A DNA stretch of 64,000 nucleotides from Ranitomeya imitator (lineage: Eukaryota): assembly GCF_032444005.1 (NCBI RefSeq), contig NC_091284.1, positions 673,878,001-673,942,000 on the forward strand. The letters are read 5' to 3'. Positions 38,604-49,265 of the stretch are shown here, in pieces. Under the pieces are notes generated by a model. It searched no databases, was not told where the DNA came from, and saw only the letters and a program-made list of their open reading frames with translations. The translations under genes and the position numbers were made by a program. Within the stretch, counting starts at the first letter, position 1. Each line of letters starts with the position of its first letter.

Positions 38604-40494
38604 TATTTCTCCGGTGGGGGGAAGACTAAAACAATTCAGTCATCAATGGAAAGAAATAACAACTAATCAATGGGCTATTAAATTAACATCCTCAGGCCTC
38701 ACACTAGACTTTATTAAAACTCCTCCGGATTCTTTCCTTCTTACCACCTTAAGATCCAAGCCTCAGCAAGAGGCACTTGAAACCGAGGTTAAAACCCTCC
38801 TACGCAAACATGTCCTAGTAGAGGTTCCATCTTCTCAGATAGGGAGAGGTTTTTACTCTCCCTTGTTCCTGATTAGTAAGCCGGATGGCTCTTTCAGAAC
38901 TATAATCAATTTGAGGAAGCTGAATTCCTTTATAAAACCTAAAACATTCAAAATGGAATCCATTCGTTCAGCTATAAAAAATCTATTTCCAAATTGTTAC
39001 ATGGTAGTATTGGATCTAAAAGATGCTTACTACCATATTCCCATTCATAATTCACACCAACAATTTCTTCGGGTAGCAGTTTGTATAGAGGGGCAAATTC
39101 GTCATTTACAATATAGAGCAATGCCCTTCGGGTTATCTATGGCCCCAAGGATTTTTACTAAGATACTATCAGAAGTAATGTCCTTTTTACGGGTAAAGGA
39201 TACTTTGGTCATTCCATATCTAGATGACCTGTTGATTGTAGGAAAGAGCCCCCTACAGTGTGAGCAGAGATTACGGGAAGTAGTCATATCCTTACAATCC
39301 CTGGGTTGGCTAGTTAATTGGGAAAAATCTAGACTTCAGCCTGTAACGTGTCAAAGATTCCTTGGGCTCCTTCTGGATTCCGTTGACCAGATTTGTAAAC
39401 TGCCTGAGGATAAGAAATTCTCCATAGTTGATAAGGTGTCCTCAGCAATAAAAAGACGTAGTATGTCACTAAGACAGGTCATGTCATTGCTAGGCTTTCT
39501 AACATCGTGCATTCCTGTGGTACAGTGGGCACAGTTCCATACTAGGCAGCTACAAAAATTTGTATTGGAGGAGGACATTAAGAATAGAGGATGTCTGGAT
39601 AGAACAGTTTTTCTAACATCGGAAGTATTACACTCCCTTAGGTGGTGGTTGGATCAGAATAATCTTTCAAAGGGGGTTCTATGGGTAATCACTCCTTCTA
39701 GTGTTGTGACCACAGATGCTAGTCCTGAAGGCTGGGGGGCACATTTTCAGGATCAATGGGTTCAGGATCTTTGGTCCAGCTCAGATCTTAATAATACCTC
39801 GAATGTCAAGGAGTTGAGGGCGGTATATTACTCCCTTCTCCACTTTCTTCCCCAGCTCAGCGGCTCTCATACAAGAGTATTCTCCGACAACACCACTGCG
39901 GTGGCGTATCTGAACCATCAGGGAGGTACAAGGTCGGACAAACTCAGGGAGGTGGCATCAGACATCATGGAATTAGCCGAAGGTCATCTACTATCACTAT
40001 CGGCAGTACACATCAGAGGCACAGACAACTTTCGTGCCGATTTCCTGAGCCGTCATACTCTTCATCAAGGGGAATGGATGCTGAGCAGGAAGATTTTCAA
40101 GGCAATAACAGCTCGATGGGGTGTTCCTCAAATAGACTTGTTTGCCACAAGAGCCAACCGTCAAGTCAAGATGTTTGCCTCTCTAAACAGGGAGGACAAG
40201 CCAGACATACTCGATGCCCTCCAGACGCCATGGACATTCGATCTGGCCTATGCTTTCCCTCCATGGAATCTATTACCTATAGTAATAAGAAAAATAAGGG
40301 AGGAGGGCGCAAAAGTTCTGTTGATAGCCCCATTTTGGCCCAAGAGGCCATGGTTCTCATGGCTGAGGGCGATGTCAGTGTCAGATCCATGGATTCTGCC
40401 TCAGTCCAAGGACCTGCTCTCTCAGGGTCCATTCCTCCATCCTCAGGCAAAGGGCATGAACTTAACTGCCTGGAGTTTGAGAGGCGGTTACTAA
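38335..40494 (+). CDS. DIRS ORF2: reverse transcriptase - RNase H - adenine-methyltransferase-like domain
   Basis: VLDLKDAYYHIP, AMPFGLSMAPRIF, PYLDD; RNase H TTDAS/ELRAV/SDN/ADFLSR; C-terminal IDLFAT...YAFPPW. Open for 719 codons; true start uncertain. Confidence 0.92.
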   Translation: MPSQDPNYVPYPVRVSTCLAQSLMIFSLRRARGRKDSLIPLFRLTEGRSGSHHSEEREASETGGIIRISNKKEICLINAPSSQPINSISDISPVGGRLKQFSHQWKEITTNQWAIKLTSSGLTLDFIKTPPDSFLLTTLRSKPQQEALETEVKTLLRKHVLVEVPSSQIGRGFYSPLFLISKPDGSFRTIINLRKLNSFIKPKTFKMESIRSAIKNLFPNCYMVVLDLKDAYYHIPIHNSHQQFLRVAVCIEGQIRHLQYRAMPFGLSMAPRIFTKILSEVMSFLRVKDTLVIPYLDDLLIVGKSPLQCEQRLREVVISLQSLGWLVNWEKSRLQPVTCQRFLGLLLDSVDQICKLPEDKKFSIVDKVSSAIKRRSMSLRQVMSLLGFLTSCIPVVQWAQFHTRQLQKFVLEEDIKNRGCLDRTVFLTSEVLHSLRWWLDQNNLSKGVLWVITPSSVVTTDASPEGWGAHFQDQWVQDLWSSSDLNNTSNVKELRAVYYSLLHFLPQLSGSHTRVFSDNTTAVAYLNHQGGTRSDKLREVASDIMELAEGHLLSLSAVHIRGTDNFRADFLSRHTLHQGEWMLSRKIFKAITARWGVPQIDLFATRANRQVKMFASLNREDKPDILDALQTPWTFDLAYAFPPWNLLPIVIRKIREEGAKVLLIAPFWPKRPWFSWLRAMSVSDPWILPQSKDLLSQGPFLHPQAKGMNLTAWSLRGGY

Positions 40495-41510
40495 ATCTCA
40501 GGGGGTTTTCTAATGGGTTAATCGATACTCTTATGAAGAGCAGAAAACCTTCAACTACCAGGATTTATGTTAGAATTTGGAGGAAATTCCTTCAATTTCA
40601 TACTACACAATTTTCCTCTGAGATTCCTATATTTCAAATATTAGAATTTCTACAAAAAGGGCTGGAATTAGGGCTCTCCGTGAGCACTCTGAAGGTGCAG
40701 GTTTCAGCATTAGGAGCTCTTTTTAATCATGACATTGCAGGAAATAAATGGATATCCCGGTTTATATCCGCTTGTGAAAGATCAAAACCAATTAACATTC
40801 CTCGGGTTCCTCAGTGGGATCTTTCGATAGTTTTGAATGCATTAACACAACCACCTTTTGAGCCTCTCCATACAGCCTCACTAAAGAACATTTCTTTGAA
40901 GACTGTTTTGCTAGTGGCATTAGTCTCTGCCAGAAGAGTGAGCGATCTCCATGCATTATCTATAGATCCTCCCTTTTTAACGGTAACATCAGATAGGATA
41001 CTTTTAAAAACAGATCCTTGTTATCTCCCTAAGGTGGCTTCTACCTTTCATAGATCCCAGGAGATCTTGTTACCCACCTTTTATGAGAACCACTCAACTC
41101 CAGAAGAAGAAAGACTTCACACCCTAGATGTAAAAAGGTCTGTCCTAGCCTATTTAGAGAGAACTAGGGACTGGAGGAAGAGTAGGGCTCTCTTTGTGTC
41201 TTTCCAGGGTAAAACCAAGGGTGCCGGAGTCACAAAGAACACATTATCTCGCTGGATCAGAGAGGCCATAATCTTGGCGTATAAAGCTGGAGGGAAAGAT
41301 CCTCCAATGCATGTGGGAGCGCACTCTACAAGAGCCTTGTCGACTTCCTGGGCAGAAAGGGCGAATGTGCCAATAGACCTTATATGTAAGGCTGCAACTT
41401 GGTCTTCACCAAATACCTTCTATAAGCATTATAGATTAGATCTATCCTCTGCTTCTGATCTAACTTTTGGTGTATCGGTCCTTGACTCAGTAAACCCACC
41501 CAGTCTATAG
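40074..41510 (+). CDS. DIRS ORF3: tyrosine recombinase
   Basis: Catalytic R (SARRVSDL), H-x-x-R (HSTR), W (ATWSS) and Y (FYKHY); open for 478 codons and overlapping ORF2. Confidence 0.93.
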   Translation: MDAEQEDFQGNNSSMGCSSNRLVCHKSQPSSQDVCLSKQGGQARHTRCPPDAMDIRSGLCFPSMESITYSNKKNKGGGRKSSVDSPILAQEAMVLMAEGDVSVRSMDSASVQGPALSGSIPPSSGKGHELNCLEFERRLLNLRGFSNGLIDTLMKSRKPSTTRIYVRIWRKFLQFHTTQFSSEIPIFQILEFLQKGLELGLSVSTLKVQVSALGALFNHDIAGNKWISRFISACERSKPINIPRVPQWDLSIVLNALTQPPFEPLHTASLKNISLKTVLLVALVSARRVSDLHALSIDPPFLTVTSDRILLKTDPCYLPKVASTFHRSQEILLPTFYENHSTPEEERLHTLDVKRSVLAYLERTRDWRKSRALFVSFQGKTKGAGVTKNTLSRWIREAIILAYKAGGKDPPMHVGAHSTRALSTSWAERANVPIDLICKAATWSSPNTFYKHYRLDLSSASDLTFGVSVLDSVNPPSL

Positions 41511-42920
41511 TCTCTGCAATTCTCTCTAGTGGGTGCTGTCGTGGCGAATAGAAAATACCGGATTACGTACCGGTAATGCTCTTTTATAGAGCCCACGACA
41601 GCACCCGTTCACATCCCTCCCTTTTCTGTATATAGTTGCACATGGTGCTTGTTTGGTGAGGTGTAAATATTAGAAAGATATAATATGAGGTTGTAAATAT
41701 GTGTATATATGTATATACCTGAACCTGTTAACTAAAACTTGGCGGCGGTTCCTCCTATTCTCTGTAAAACAACTGAGGAGCGAGGGGGGGCCGCCCCTTT
41801 TATCTCTCTGTAGGTTTCCTGTTCCTAGGGGCGGATCCCCTCTCTCTAGTGGGTGCTGTCGTGGGCTCTATAAAAGAGCATTACCGGTACGTAATCCGGT
41901 ATTTCCCTGCACTCTCTGTGTGGCTTTTTAGGGTTTTGTGCTGACTGCAAAGTGACCTTTCCTATCTTCTGTCTGTTTAGTAAGTCGGGCCTCTCTTTGC
42001 TAAATCTATTTCATCTCTGTGTTTGTGATTTCATCTTACTCACAGTCAATATATGTGGGGGGCTGCCTTTTCATTTGGGGAATTTTCTCTGAGGCAAGAT
42101 AGGCTTATTTTTCCTATCTCTAGGGCTAGCTAGTTCTGAGGCTGTGAGGAGGCGCCTAGGTCATGATAGGAGCGCTCCACGGCTATTTCTAGTGTACGTG
42201 ATAGGATTAGGGATTGCGGTCAGCAGAGGTTCCACTTCCCAGAGCTTGTCCTGTATTAATGTGCTATCAGGTCTTTTCTGGTGCTCTAACTACCAGATCC
42301 ACTATTTGTTCTAACCACCAGATCATAACAGTCCTCTGTTAATTCTGGCACCACGCCACTCTAGCCAAACACACCGGGAGCCCTGGGGACCCAGTTTCAC
42401 CTGTGGATCTTTGCTGCAGCACCATTGCTCCCAGAGGACCCCTTTAAGCAAAGTCTGTCACCCCTGACCAAGTACCACAGGTGGCGTCACGAACTTTTAT
42501 TATTTTCGCAACCTCTTTATAGACTGTTCCTTTTACTTGGGTGCCCAGGGCAATGACCAGGTTGCCGCCACCGTGACCACCCCTTTAATAACGACCGAAC
42601 CTGGTACCTACGGCCCTGGCGGGCATTCTACAAGCAAGACAGGACAGGACAGGACCCCTGGACGACCAAAATACAGGATAGCAGCTGCAGATTCTCATGT
42701 CCAAGTTCAGACTGGGTAGACTAGCGGGCACAGGTACAGGACAGACGGATCAGAATCAGGACTCAGCATAGGCAGGACAGACTCGGGTATGGGAATAGCA
42801 GGGTGGACTGGGACAGGAATTGACTGGGCAGAATGGATCAGGAGCACTGAGACATTACAACTGACTAGTAGGAAACACTAGAACTAACTAAGTTGCTAAG
42901 TCATCTCCCAATAGAGGAGG

Positions 42921-43205
42921 ATAAATAAATAAATAATCTTTATTTTTATATAGCGCTAACATATTCTGCAGCGCTTTACAGTTATGCACACATTATCATC
43001 ATTGTCCCCGATGGGGCTCACAATCTACATTCCCTATCAGTATGTCTTTGGAATGTGGGAGGAAGCTCGAGTACCCGGAGGAAACCCACGCAAACACGGG
43101 GAGAACATACAAACTCCTTGCAGATGTTGTCCAAGGTGAGATTAGAACCAAGGACCCCAGTGCTGCAAGGCTGCAGTGCTATCCACTGAGCCACCGTGTT
43201 GCCCC
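42921..43205 (-). mobile_element. tRNA-derived V-SINE with L2-derived tail
   Basis: Minus strand GGGGCAACACGG-TGGCTCAGTGG (A box) ... GGTTCTAATC (B box); V-domain-like TCCCCGTG..GCGTGGGTTTCCTCCGGG; tail matches the L2 3' end; (ATTT)n. Confidence 0.85.
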
Positions 43206-43513
43206 ACGCCTGCCTTATATTCAAGACATCTCCCAGCTATTGGCTGGGGAGATCTTTAGCAGCACGTGCTCCCCAAGCCTACTCCCAGGAGACCTGTGTG
43301 CTGCGCTAAGATCCTGGGAGCAGACAGATGCCGAGGGAGTGTGGACGGTTAAGTATACACGCTGGCGTCCTTGCATTGGGGAAGTGGTGGCAGGGGCACC
43401 AGCGGTGTCCTAACACATAATAACTACAGCTCCACCCTTGTCCGATTGTTTATAAATTATTTTTTATTGTTTCCTTCAGTCAAACTGTTTATTGGTTAGA
43501 CAACTTGGTAGAA

Positions 43514-43727
43514 GCGATATCCAGCAACAGATCCGGAGAGTTAAGTATTAAAAACAACTGTAGATACCATATAATGACTAAGAACAAGTAGTTTGAAACG
43601 CGTCAGTCTGGTGCATTCCCAGGGATATGCATTTTTTATAAACATGTTAACATAAATTTTGTATCATTTTTTTTAAATAAACAGTTGTTTTTAATACTTA
43701 CCTCTCCGGATCTGTTGCTGGACATCT
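43514..43727. repeat. Inverted repeat enclosing GAAACGCGTC; probable Penelope-like remnant
   Basis: ATATCCAGCAACAGATCCGGAGAG..AAGTATTAAAAACAACTG and its reverse complement ~120 bp downstream. Confidence 0.45.
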
Positions 43728-46644
43728 CCTCTACCAAGTTATCTTCATTTCCTGCTGCTGACACAGGCTCTCATGTCCCTGCACTACCGGAGAACTTCAG
43801 TTTATGGGTGAGCTGGATAATAATATGTTTTTTCTATGTTTATTGGTTAGGTTTTTGTTCACTTAGGCAAATTGTGGCTTGTGTTATTGTTTCAAATGAG
43901 AACTTGTTTTAACTGGACAACACATCCGGTGAAGATGGCTGGCCCAAAACACAATAGATGATTAAAAATCAGAAAATAAATCAGAAAAATAATTGTTTTA
44001 TTAATGGATAAAAATAAGTTGATAAATTAACTTGAAAGGTCAGTGGAAGAACCTTTTCTTTTTCTTTAAAATGGCTTGTGATGCCATAAAGTAACAACAG
44101 ATCAAATACTTCTCTTGTAAATTGTAAATCTTTTTTTCTAATACTAAGCAATCACCCCCTCCATGAATTAATAATTAGCAGGTGGTTGTCTCATCAGTAT
44201 TTTGCACCTATTTTGCCGCCATCTTTTTTACATGGGTTTGCTGAATCCAATGCTTTAGTTCTGAGACCTGGGCAGGTAAACACTGCTGCTCTTTTTGCTG
44301 TGTTAGGCTAAGTGCACACGTTGCAGATTTTGATGCATTTCCAGAGCGTTTTTGGATGCACGGAATTGCATCAAATCTGCAGTGTAGTGCACAAGCAATG
44401 TTAGTCAATGGGAAATTGAGAATTGCTGTGCACGTGCTGTGGAAAAAAAGCTCGGATTTGCAGTGTTTTATTTTCCACAGCATGTCAATTCTTTTTGCGG
44501 ATCTGCAGCGTTTCTGCACCCATTCACTTACATTGAGTCAGGAAATCCGCAGCAAAACCTCAGGTTTAAAAAGATCAGCGGTTTTGCTGCAGAGTTGCCT
44601 GCGAGAAACGCTGCAGTGTGGGTGGAGACTATGTGTGTTGGCGAAGACTGTGTGTGTGTGTGGAGAAGATGTGCGTGTCTGTGTGTGGGTGTTTTTGTGC
44701 GTCTGCTGGGCTGTGTGTGTGCATGCGGGTCTGTTTGTGGGCAAGCATTGTCCGATGGGACTACTAGTCTCATCCGGCTAAGCCTGCCAGAGTGACAGCT
44801 AGCCGATGATGGGACAGCAGTAGTCCCATCATCCGGCTACTGTGAAAAAAAAAAAAAAAAACACATACAGAACATACTCACCAATCATCTAGTCCTCGAC
44901 ATTATCGATCACCTGAACCAAAAATAAAAATAATAAACCAACAGTATACTCCCTGTTGCCATGTAATCCATTTAATAACAAGTGTCCCACGACGATCTCC
45001 CGTGGAGAGCTGTCACATCAGAAGATGTGACCGCTCTCCAGGGGCTCCAGTGATACAATGACAGGAGGTAATCCTCCGCACTGTATCCCTCCGCCGCCGT
45101 GAGTTCAGCAGAGTTCAGCAGAGTTCATACTGTCACTTGTGGCACCGCTGTGTGGGAAAATTCTCACGCAGCAGTGCCGTAAAGTGAGAGCAATGAACTC
45201 AATGAACTCTCAGTGATAACACTGCAGGAGCCATTGTCTCCTGTCAGTGCATCGCAGGAGGCCTATAGAGCAGTCACATCTCCTGATGTGACTGCTCTAG
45301 AGGGGAGATCATCGTGGGACACTTATTATTAAATGGACTACATCAGACCAGGGAGTATTTGTGTTGGTTTATTATTTTTTTATTTTTTGCAGGAGATCGA
45401 GGGCGTAGCATGAATTGGCAGAACAATAATTATGGGAAAATTGTGTAGTGTTTTATTTAATTAAAATACTTTATTTGGCTGTGTGTTTATTTAACCCTTT
45501 CACAACTATAGGATTAATAATGGAGAGGTGTCTTATTGACGCCTCTCCATTACTAAGCCGGCTTGATGTCACCTTACAATACAAAGGTGACATCAACCCC
45601 ACAAATATTACCCCATATGCCACATCTACAGGGCAGTGGGAAGAAAAAGGCTAAGTGCCAGAATTGGTTAAAACAAACACATGCGCCATGCACATGGTGT
45701 ACAAGCATATAGGGACACCGTTCACACCATCAAGAAACTGAAACACAAAAAAGGCACAGTAAAACCAAAAAATACTCTGTTACAGAAAATATCAGTAAAC
45801 AGCAAGTGCTAGTGAAAAGATGGAAAAACACAGGGTATTTGGTTAATAAGTTTTTTGCAAAAAATGTATTTTAAGCCGCTCTACCAAACATCAAGGTATA
45901 CCCGTATTAGAGCAGTCCTAACTAATGTATGTAATCCCTATCTGATATATTTAAAAACCTGGTCACATGTATACTACCTGTATGAGTAGGATCCAGAAAG
46001 GAAATGTCCAATGTGGACACGTAGCATAGAACGGCTTTTATGTGCACGGCTCACAAGGAGGGGTGGGAACCTCCTTAGTCTTGTAGAAACAAGAAAACAA
46101 TTGGTTAAAACAAACACATGAGCCATGCACACGGTGAACAAGCCTGTGTCCACATTGGACATTTCCTTTCTGAATCCTGCTCATACAGGTACTATACATA
46201 TGACCAGGTTTTTAAATACATCAGATAGGGATTGCATACATTAGTTAGGACTGCTCTAATATGGGTATACCTTAGAGATGTGCCATTTCTGAGGCTACTG
46301 TGCGCTGGTGTTTGTAGCTGGGGGGCAATAGCCATGGCCCCTTCTTAGGCTATGAATATCAGCCCACAGCTGTCTGCTTAGAGTTTTCTGGCTATTAATT
46401 ATAGGGGGACCCCATGTCAGTTTTTTGGGGGGTCCCCCTATTTTAATAGCCAGTAAAGGCTAAATATACAGCTGCAGGCTGATATTCATAGCCTGGGAAG
46501 ATCCATGGGTATGAACCCCTTCCAAAGCTATAAACAGCAGCACCCAGTCGCTGGCTGTCGCTCTCTGGTGCAGAAAATTGCACGGGAGCTCATGCCATTT
46601 TTTTTTTCAATTTTTTTTTTCAATTAAACAGATATTGCATTTAA

Positions 46645-46838
46645 GGCTGGGGTCACACTTGTGAGAAACTTGCACGAGTCTCGCACCTCAATACCCAGCA
46701 CTGCTGCCGCCGTTCGGGACCGGAGTGTGCAACTGCATGTATTTCTATGTAGCTGAACGCTCTGGTCCGAGTGACGGCAGCAGTGCCGGGTACTGAGATG
46801 CGAGACTCGTGCGAGTTTCTCGCAAGTGTGACCCGGCC
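46645..46838. mobile_element. Harbinger-type MITE (family of 8600..8995)
   Basis: GGCTGGGGTCACACTTG ... CAAGTGTGACCCGGCC; palindromic interior. Confidence 0.8.
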
Positions 46839-46917
46839 TAGCGCAGATTTTGTGTGCGTGTCTTTAATTCTCTATGTACCATTTTATTATGTTTATTACT
46901 AAACATCGGGCTTGGTA

Positions 46918-47120
46918 TTATCTATCTATCCATCTATCTATAGATATATCTAGCTATAGCTATATCTATCTATCTATCTATAGATATATATATATCTATA
47001 GATAGTTAGTTAGATATATCTATAGATAGACTGATATACGTATATATATTGATAGACAGATAGATCGATAGATTGATCTATCTATAGATCTATCTATTAT
47101 CTATCTATCTATAGATCTAT
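46918..47120. repeat. Compound (TATC)n/(GATA)n/(TA)n microsatellite
   Basis: Visible tetranucleotide and dinucleotide repeats. Confidence 0.9.
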
Positions 47121-47123
47121 CTT

Positions 47124-47330
47124 CCCCACTCCATGAAGATGGCTGGACCATCATTGTAAATACATCATTGTAACTACACACCTGTACTTTGTATCTCCCC
47201 CACCTCATTGTAGATTGTAAGCTCTCACGAGCAGGGTCGTCTTATTTTGCTTTATTACTGTATTGTTAACATTGTTACCTATGACTGTTGTGTTTGAAAC
47301 TGTTAAACTGTAAAGCGCTGCGGAATATGT
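47124..47330 (+). mobile_element. L2 LINE 3' fragment cut by the assembly gap
   Basis: Near-identical to 63580..63790. Confidence 0.85.
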
Positions 47331-47544
47331 NNNNNNNNNNNNNNNNNNNNNNNNNNNNNNNNNNNNNNNNNNNNNNNNNNNNNNNNNNNNNNNNNNNNNN
47401 NNNNNNNNNNNNNNNNNNNNNNNNNNNNNNNNNNNNNNNNNNNNNNNNNNNNNNNNNNNNNNNNNNNNNNNNNNNNNNNNNNNNNNNNNNNNNNNNNNNN
47501 NNNNNNNNNNNNNNNNNNNNNNNNNNNNNNNNNNNNNNNNNNNN
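47331..47544. other. Assembly gap (214 N)
   Basis: Run of n. Confidence 1.
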
Positions 47545-49265
47545 AGGTTGGACACGAAATGACATCACAATTCGTTTTTTTGTTAAATAATAGATCTTTA
47601 TTTAGCCTACAAAATGCATTCAAATCCGCATGAAAATCCACATAAAAAATGCACCAAAAACGCATCAAATCCGCACTGATTTTTACCTTCTTTTTCTGCC
47701 AAGAGATGCAGAATCTGCAAAGAAAATTCCACAGGCTAATCTGCAACGTGTGCACATACTCTTAGTACTTGAACTTTTGTGGGAATTCTAATTCTTATTA
47801 TGATTTTGCTTTTAATTTAAGTTATAAATCTCCAAACGCTTTCTTCTACCAGTCTCATTTCTTTCTGTTTTATCATTGTTGTGTTGACACAATATGCCAT
47901 GGCTTCAATCAATCACTGATAACAATGGTGATTGCTGTGCTGTCAACTACTAATTGACTGCAACAGTCACATGTTAGGTCAACTTGGCATCGCTGGAATG
48001 AGATGAACAAATACTGACAGGGAAACCAGGAAAGTGTCATCACAAAGGAGGGAAAGTGAATTTTACTACGTGAAAGAAAAATAGTAATTTTAATAAATAA
48101 AAGGTGACTGGTGACCCCTTTACATTTGTTAAAGTGGAGAATTGCTCTGGTGGCCCTGGTATGTCCATTGTATTACACATACAGACATTCATTTAAATGG
48201 ATCCACCTACATGTCAATCAGGAAGACTGATAGGAACAGGGAAAGGCGGCCATATATACAGGTGCTTCTCACTAAATTAGAATATCATAAAAAAATAAAT
48301 TTATTTCAGTTCTTCAATACAAAAAGTGAAACTCATATATAGTCATGACAAACAGAGTGATCTATTTCAAGTGTTTATTTCTGTTAATGTTGATGATTAT
48401 GGCTTACAGCCAATGAAAACACAAAAGTCATTATCCCAGTAAATTAGGATAACTAATAAAAAAACACCTGCAAAGGCTTCTTAAGCATTTAAAAATGTCC
48501 TTTATTCTGTTTCAGTAGGCTCCAGAATCCTGGGGAAAACTGCTGATTTGACAGATGTCCAGAAGGTATTCATTGACACACGCCACAAGGAGGATAAGAT
48601 GCAAAAGGTCATTGCTAAAGAAGCTGGCTGTAGTATACGTATAGGGGAATATGGTGGATGATAAGATTAAAATTCTTAATTGAAATGTGAGGGGATTGTC
48701 TAATGAAACACGAAGAGCGTCGATTATGAACTATATTAGGAAGCAGGGACCAGATGTGATATGCCTTCAAGAGACACATTTGATTAACAAGAAGGTCGAG
48801 GTGTTGAAGAGAAGATGGATTGGGAGGGCATATCACTCCACATACTCCTCATATGCCAGGGGGGTATTGTTGTTGGTGAGAGCGTCCACACCCTTTGAGG
48901 AAATTGAAAGCCATGTCGACAGTGAATATGTTTTTTTAATCTGTAAAATATATGAGCAATTGTTATGTATGGTGGCCATATACATACCATCTCCATACTT
49001 GGTGAAGAAGATCCAGGAGGTGATAGAGTTGTACAAAAGGGGTGCGGTACTACTGTTATTAATTTTTGGCAATTTTAATAATATGATGGATGAGGGATAG
49101 AATAGGCATAAACAGGGAGTAGGAAAGGGTGGCCAGAAATTGACTTCATTTGGGAACTACAGTATGTGAAAGAGCTTGGAATGGTACACCTGTGGAGGGT
49201 AAGGAATGAGGATGTGGTGTGTTACTCCTGCTACTCTACTACTCATGGATCTCACTCACGAATTA

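Larger units (their letters stand above)
36414..41904 (+). mobile_element. DIRS1-type tyrosine-recombinase retrotransposon, apparently intact (5.49 kb)
   Basis: Inverted terminal repeats (~36414..36524 vs ~41762..41904); internal complementary region ~41522..41607 matching both termini; overlapping gag, RT and YR ORFs; no TSD. Confidence 0.95.
31035..42330 (+). mobile_element. Gypsy/chromovirus LTR retrotransposon copy 1 (5' LTR 31035..31838; 3' LTR 36031..36413 + 41905..42330, split by DIRS)
   Basis: TG...CA LTRs nearly identical; PPT CAAGAGGGGGGTAC before 36031; GTCCTC duplicated at 31029-31034 and 42331-42336. Confidence 0.96.
30232..42630. mobile_element. Solo LTR (30232..31034 + 42337..42630, ~1.1 kb) split by the Gypsy insertion
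   Basis: Starts TGTGACA, ends ...GGGCATTCTA (CA end probably mutated); 4-bp TSD CAAG at 30228-30231 and 42631-42634. Confidence 0.65.
30002..42920. mobile_element. Outer LTR remnant (30002..30227 + 42635..42920) split by nested insertions
   Basis: Begins TGTTACG; LTR-like sequence resumes after the CAAG duplication; truncated by the SINE at 42921. Confidence 0.5.
44306..47761. mobile_element. Composite Harbinger-type non-autonomous element spanning the gap
   Basis: TTA|GGCTAAGTGCACACGTTGCAGATT ... AATCTGCAACGTGTGCACATACTC|TTA; internal palindrome ~44920..45390; nested MITE, microsatellites and LINE tail. Confidence 0.6.

Noticed and set aside
43130-43205. tRNA-like A/B boxes as a tRNA gene
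   Set aside because: Continues into a V-domain and LINE tail; it is a SINE head.
47205-47755. ORFs containing X runs
   Set aside because: They span the N gap.
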